A stretch of DNA of 64,000 nt from Craspedostauros australis (Eukaryota): positions 1 through 64,000 of the forward strand of contig JALAGF010004074.1 of NCBI GenBank assembly GCA_030167865.1. Reading direction: 5' to 3'. The notes under the pieces were generated by a model. It had not been told where the DNA came from and did not search any database. It was given only the letters and a program-made list of their open reading frames with translations. This document shows, piece after piece, positions 58,257-64,000 of the stretch. A program made the position numbers and the translations under genes. The stretch's first letter is position 1; every line of letters begins with the position of its first letter.

Positions 58257-61200
58257 TCAGTGGCCCGCAAGGCTGGAGGATCGGATACGCGACACCAGAT
58301 CATCGACCACTATGCTACGTTTCTCCCTTTGGCGTTCAGGTTTGAAGCTCGGTGAACTTCTCTCTGTGTCCCAGGACGCCTGATCTAACGAACCTGCCGC
58401 TGTACCGGTGGGGAAATCGCACAGCGCTCCCTCTTCATCCACCTCCTGGAAGCTTTGCACGCTGGCTCTTGAGGAGTTTGTGCCGTTGATGTCATTGTAG
58501 CACTTGTCGCAAACCCTCACGGGTACCGTGATGCCAATGGAAGGAATCGGTGCTCTGCTCTTGGAGCATGGATCGCACACAAGACCGCCGCACGATCGGC
58601 AGTTGTGCTTATCGCGTGCTTCTTGGGCCTCGCTGTTGGACGTCGACGCCCAAGTGAAGCGGCTGGCACAGCAGGAACTGTTCCCATTGCAGAAAAGAGC
58701 ATTGCGCACAACGTGGGACGAATACCATTTATGGCAGTTTGAATCATCCGCGACGAACAGTGCATTGGAATGGGGTAGAATACAGCCATTTAACGCAAAT
58801 GGGGAGAGAATTAGACACCATCGTCGTGGTTGTTGAGAAAAATGTGAGTGAGAAAGATGTCTGCTGATAGCACGCCACTTATCGACAGACGAATCAACCA
58901 AGGAACGCGCTCACAGTGGCAAGCCATGCCTTGTAGTTAGAGTGAATCAACGGGAGAATAACACACGGTGCTCCACGCAACATCATTAAAACACTTACCA
59001 AGTGTCGTCTTCATCGAATGCAGTCCAGGTCGGCGGGCTTTCAAATGCCACACGGGCGTTCTGCACCTCGACAAGAGCCTCGTAGTAGGACTTGGTGGTG
59101 TGGTCGGTCAACATGTTGCCGGCCAAACTGATACGCCGCAGTTCGCGGAATGTTCTTGGCACGTACGCTGCCTTGTACACGCCGCGGTGAGAGTAGATGT
59201 GAACCACCTTTCCAGGCACGAACATTCGTGGGAGAGGCGTTTCTTCCAGAACGACTGCGTTTGAAGCCTGGATGAATGAGACATCGTCGTCACTTCCGTT
59301 GTGTTCTTGCCCATCCGAACTTGGCACCTTCGTCTCATCGAGACCCACTACCTTTCCTTGCGCACGCTGCTTCTGATGAAACTTGTGTTGCTCGACTGCA
59401 TTACAATCAGCACTGAAACTTTCGGCATTCCAACTGTCGTCCATCATGCTTTGCTCGCTCATTGGGTCCATGAAGGCATCGATGTCTGAGTCACCACCGT
59501 CGCCTCCTTCGACCGGACGCTCATGAGAATTCGCATCATCTGTGTCGCTGCTTTCGATCAAATCGTCGTCTTCCACGTCAAAGAACTCGTCTCCATCCAC
59601 GATGATGCCGTCTGTATCACCGTTCGCACCACCTAGGAAATCAAGCAAATGATCTTTGCTTCTCACGTCGGCAGTCTCCTCAAAGGTTTCAGTAGTTTCG
59701 GCCACTCCATCTTTTGCGAAGTCACCGCCACTCTCTTGTTGCGCCTGGCCATGTCGAGTCGTATCCTTGTTGTCTTTGTGAGATCGAAAGTGCTTTCGGT
59801 AGTAGTGCTTGATGGATCGTGCTGGTGTGGCGGCGATGGTGAAACTTTGACGGAATCGTGGCGCCCATGCGGTCTTGGCACGCTCGCCGATAGCCTTCAG
59901 ATCTGTTGTCATATGTCGCTTCACCCACGTCTCGCGGATGTGCAGCAGATGCTTCAGGAGACGTCGGCAGTTGGTTGGTGTGAGTCGAGGGAAGACGTCG
60001 TCATGCAGCACGACGGTGGTCACGTATTGATTGACCGACTCTGCAAGGTTTGCGTCCATGCAGGACGGGGTGCCGTACGCATAAACGCGGAGCAACGAGG
60101 ATGCATCGGACTCGGTCCCTTCGGGGGTTGTGAACAGCTCGCCGACCTCCCGCCGCAGGTGCCTCAAAACCAAAATGGCCACCATCGTGCCCACCGATCC
60201 GCCGAGACTGTGGCCTGTGATGCGAATACGATAACCCTGCTTTGCCAACGCGACCAGGGCGTCGATATGCTCGCGGTACAGATTGGTGGCAGCTGATGCC
60301 ATACCACAGAGTGCAATGCCGGTCGTCGATGACACGTTGGTCCAATCGTCATCCTGATTGGGTTCGACATCATCTGACGCTTCCGCGTCAACCTCAGGAA
60401 ATGGCACAGGTATTTGTCGAATGTCTGTGATGACATCGTTGATGGTGGCGGTGCCGCGGATCGCCAAGCACGCGATCTTGTGGTCCTTGTGAACCAGCAC
60501 AGCGGATGCCGGTCGGTCATGCAGCATGCCGCTATCGCCCGTATCCTGCTGCAAGTGTGCATAGAGCAGCACCCATCCCTGCTGCGCGGCCAGCAACTGC
60601 ATGTCAACCTCGCGGGTGGCATAGATGAAATTGAGCGCGATGGGGGCGTACAGGAGCAGGGAATTCACAGTCACATCGGACACAGGGTCGCACACCGGTT
60701 CCATCGTGTGCGCTCGTTTTGTTGCTCTGTCAGCGTCTCTTGCCATCGTGTTTGTTCTTCGGACCTCGCGTGAGATTTGTGATGGCATTTGGGATGTTGA
60801 TGAAGTCGGTTGCGGCGTCTCGTGTTGAGCCGGTGGATCAGGCAACATGCCTCGATCGCTTGTCAAGGAAGCTGCGGCGTCATGGAACGAAAGCGCAGAC
60901 TCGGCCAACGAATCATCGATGTGCGTTGGTCTCGTCGTATATTGTGAGGAATGCTCGAATTGAGCATTCGGTTCCGTGTGTGGATGCGAATGTGGATGCG
61001 GATGCTGCCGATAAGCATGTATCCGATGCTCCCGTTCCGGATTCAGTCCTCTCATGGCACGGTGCTGCGCAAGGGCGTAAAAGATTGCAGCGCTGAGCTC
61101 ATGGACGCTCAACGGCCAAGACGTTTTGTTGATCCCCAACGCTTTCCTCAACAGATCGGCAGCAGCCAAGAACTCCTTTCGCAAAATGAGACCGTAGATG

Positions 61201-63041
61201 CCATGCAGACCGTACTTTCGGAGCACGTCGACAGTCTCGACGGCTACCGTGGCCTGCGCTCCCAAAGGGATGGTCTTGGCCATGGCAATCGCTGCCTTCG
61301 TGATGCGTATCGCAATTTGCTCGTACGAATCAATCCCAAGCTCAAAGTACGGCGTCAAATCGCCAGAATCGAAATCCCGACATCTGGCCAACCGCCAGGC
61401 AACGCGCTCCGCGAGGTTCTGCTCCTCGAGCAGCTGCTTGCAGACATCGCACACCCTTTCTTTGACATCGGGGTCGTATCCCAAGTGCGGCAGACTGTGA
61501 GTCGACGACGAGTGCGGTTGGCAAAAGCTGTTGCCGCACAGTCTGCAATGATGCCGCAATCGTGTGGGACCAAAGGGCTTGTGGCATGCGAAGCAGTACT
61601 CTGACTTTTGCCATTTCGGGCGTTCTATTGGATTGGGCACGAGTGCCCTGGCCTGCTCAAAGTCGAAGTCCTCCTCGTCAGCTTTGGCGGACGTGTCTGC
61701 GTTGACAGGAAGCGAAGTCTGTGCATTGTTTATGTCGCTTTCGTCGTCACTGAGGTGATTGCGCGTGTCCTCGTAAATGCTGTCCTCTGTAGCGCTTGTA
61801 GCTGCTGCCGCATCGTTAGCCGCGTCCTGTGGCATGTACGTGCGCCATTCTTTGACGAGCTGCCGGTCGATCCAAGGCAAGCTCGAAATAGGAGGGAGAT
61901 CTCTGAGCCGCTTCGTGATTATGGAATTGTAAGTCCCGTCGTCGTTATCACTGTCGCTGACATTGCCATTGTCATTGTCGTTATGGTTGCCGTTGCCATT
62001 GCCATCGTCACTTTTGTCGATAGCGCGACTGTTGGGACCGTTGATGTTGAAACCTCCCATTTTGTTGCCCATGTCGCTGTACTTGCGATACCAGTGCCCT
62101 TTGGCGTACGATACGCGCGCGGTGTAGCAGATGCGACGAATGGAAGAGGAGAGCAATTCTCTGGCTGCCAACGGGAGGTAGATCTTGGATATCTCCTTCC
62201 ATCCTGGAGACGGAAGTGTGGCGCCAACCATCACCATTGGCGGGTTTGCCATTGCGATCTGACCGTTGCCAGACCCGGTGTTGTTGCTGCTGTTGTTGTT
62301 GTTGTCACTGGCAGGGTTGATTTGTGAGCGTAGATGCGAGTGTGCTGGCATCGGTGTTGGCATCGGTATGTGCATATTAATGTTTATGGTCATGTTCGTT
62401 GCGATAGATGGAGGCGACGCGACAGTGTTCGGGTGGTGTGGAGAGTTGGTGCCGAGCGAATGTGCCATGTCTGAACGTGGTATTTGACCCTCTTGGATGC
62501 TGTCAGCAGCTTGAAGTTCCGGTTGAAGCGCTGGTTGCTGGAGGCATGGCAACTGCGAAAGGTTGCCTGCGAGATCATCGAACGTGTGATTATCATGACT
62601 CCCGCTGTCATGCAAGTCATGGACCGATGTGCACGGATATTCGTCGGACGCAACTGTGGATGGTGCAGTTTGCCCAGCATGGCTAGATCGTTGCGGAGAC
62701 GAGAAAGGGGATGCGGAAGGTGACGGGGGCGATGCCATATTGTCATACCAAGAGGATGGTGCCGGAACGAAGTTATCGTCCTCCTCATCACTTGCATTTA
62801 CGCTGACATTAACGTTCGTGGTTGTGCGTGTGGTTTCGTTGTTCCGTGGATCGTGGGATTTTCGTTCTGCATCCACGCTTCTGTTCATGCCACTGTCCAT
62901 GTCTGCGCCATCGCCGATGCTGCGCCCAATGTGAACATCACAAGGTGCATTCGCGATTTCTTGTCGCCCTGCAGAGGAATCAGCGGAAGCTTCCGCATCT
63001 CCCCTTGCTGAGATGCCGGTGCCATCGTCATGCTGATCCAT
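58257..63041 (-). CDS. FYVE - class 3 lipase - FYVE protein; exons 63041..58999, 58677..58257
   Basis: FYVE1 'CFACHKPF..RHHCRLCG..RVCDVC', lipase 'IRGT', 'GHSLG', 'DVFPRL', FYVE2 'KHNCRSCG..RVCDKC'. The start codon is uncertain. Confidence 0.85.
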
Positions 63042-63944
63042 GTTTGGAAAGGCGCCGCACAAGACTCCACAAGGCGTCAAAGGGAGACGTTGGGCTGCGA
63101 GTTCGCAGGCGCTGTCTGCTGATTCTATTATGTACAAACTGCTGCCGCGATGTTCCTCTCGCTGAGTCTCCTCGTTATCTTTGGTCGCAATGAAGTCTTA
63201 TATCTTTGTGCCCTCTTCTTTCCTTTGCTCTCCTTTGCTCTCTGCTTGCTTGAGCGCCTTCTTTGAGATGTCCGACCTCTGTGAGAAATCCCGTTCGCCC
63301 ACCGAAGAACCTCACAGAGAGGGAGAGCGCTTCGTGTTTTACACAAGACCAACATGGACGTGTCATCATCTTGGTTGACGCGACTGTTGTCACACAACAA
63401 CGAACAAATCTCCCACCACACCAACACACACACACATCACCTTTTCTTTTGCCAGCTTTTTCTGCGACGAGAATTTCGAACTCAATCACGAGAATTCCGA
63501 ACGCGTGACTCGATAACTTTTGGTCGCGAGAGTCGACATCTTCCGAATCTCGAAGCTCCACGATACTGTACTCTGGTCCAATACAAGACACTGCAATTCT
63601 ACACTACGACCTATTCCATGTTGCAGCTCTACTCGTCCGCAAGTCACAGTGGGCATGAACAAGTTTAGTGGCGTGTTATGGATCAGCTCGTCCGCATATC
63701 TCTTTGTCTCTCCGTAGAGAGACAGAGACTGAGCGTTCGATCAATTGAATTTGTGGTGATGTTTTGGCTGGAGGGTGCGTCGTCCAGAGTCATAAACTGT
63801 AAGAGGAGGTGGTTGAGAGCGCAGGAACGGTTCACAAATCCCACCATATTAGTACTCGTATTAGGATCACACACGACTTGCAGGCCTTGTGCTTTCCGTC
63901 TCATTCTGCCGACATCAAACGAGCAGGTCATCAGTCATTCAAGC

Positions 63945-64000
63945 TCACAGCTTGCTCTTCAGCAGCGGCGGCGCTTTCGCCTTGTTAAGCGCAAAGTACG
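63945..64000 (-). CDS. 3' end of a gene entering from outside the window, ending ...PPLLKSKL* (possible peroxisomal PTS1)
   Basis: Minus-strand frame YFALNKAKAPPLLKSKL-TGA with coding-like codons. Only 18 codons are visible. Confidence 0.5.
   Translation of the reverse strand, partial: YFALNKAKAPPLLKSKL

Overview
Gene-dense eukaryotic nuclear DNA, most likely from a diatom or related photosynthetic stramenopile. The evidence is GT-AG introns, several signal peptides followed by ASAFAP-type 'AF' plastid-targeting motifs, and a nuclear CbbX gene. About 19 protein-coding genes can be modelled by hand: HSF-type factor (5' partial), RCCR-like protein, STK16-like kinase, ThiO glycine oxidase, YtqB/MnmM-like methyltransferase, EH-domain protein, a ~2340-aa Nup188-like protein, HAD pyrimidine nucleotidase, UBL-PUB-STI1-UIM protein, cN-II-like nucleotidase, M23 peptidase, SHMT, RNR large subunit, XRCC3-like Rad51 paralog, AdoMetDC (SAMDC), CbbX, USP36/42-like deubiquitinase, calpain-7-like protease and a FYVE-lipase-FYVE protein. 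The window edge also holds the probable 3' end of an SKL-terminated gene. The most interesting signal is the putative SAMDC 5' leader. It has four uORFs: a tiny MTR* overlapping a 38-aa uORF, a PPP-containing uORF, and a spliced 20-aa uORF whose stop is created by splicing and which overlaps a candidate main AUG. This suggests polyamine-responsive translational control. Other leads are E2F/CDE-CHR-like motifs in the RNR1-XRCC3 divergent promoter and duplicated short motifs in the CbbX and ThiO extensions. No rRNA, tRNA, CRISPR array or intact transposon was recognised. All product calls come from visible motifs, not database searches.
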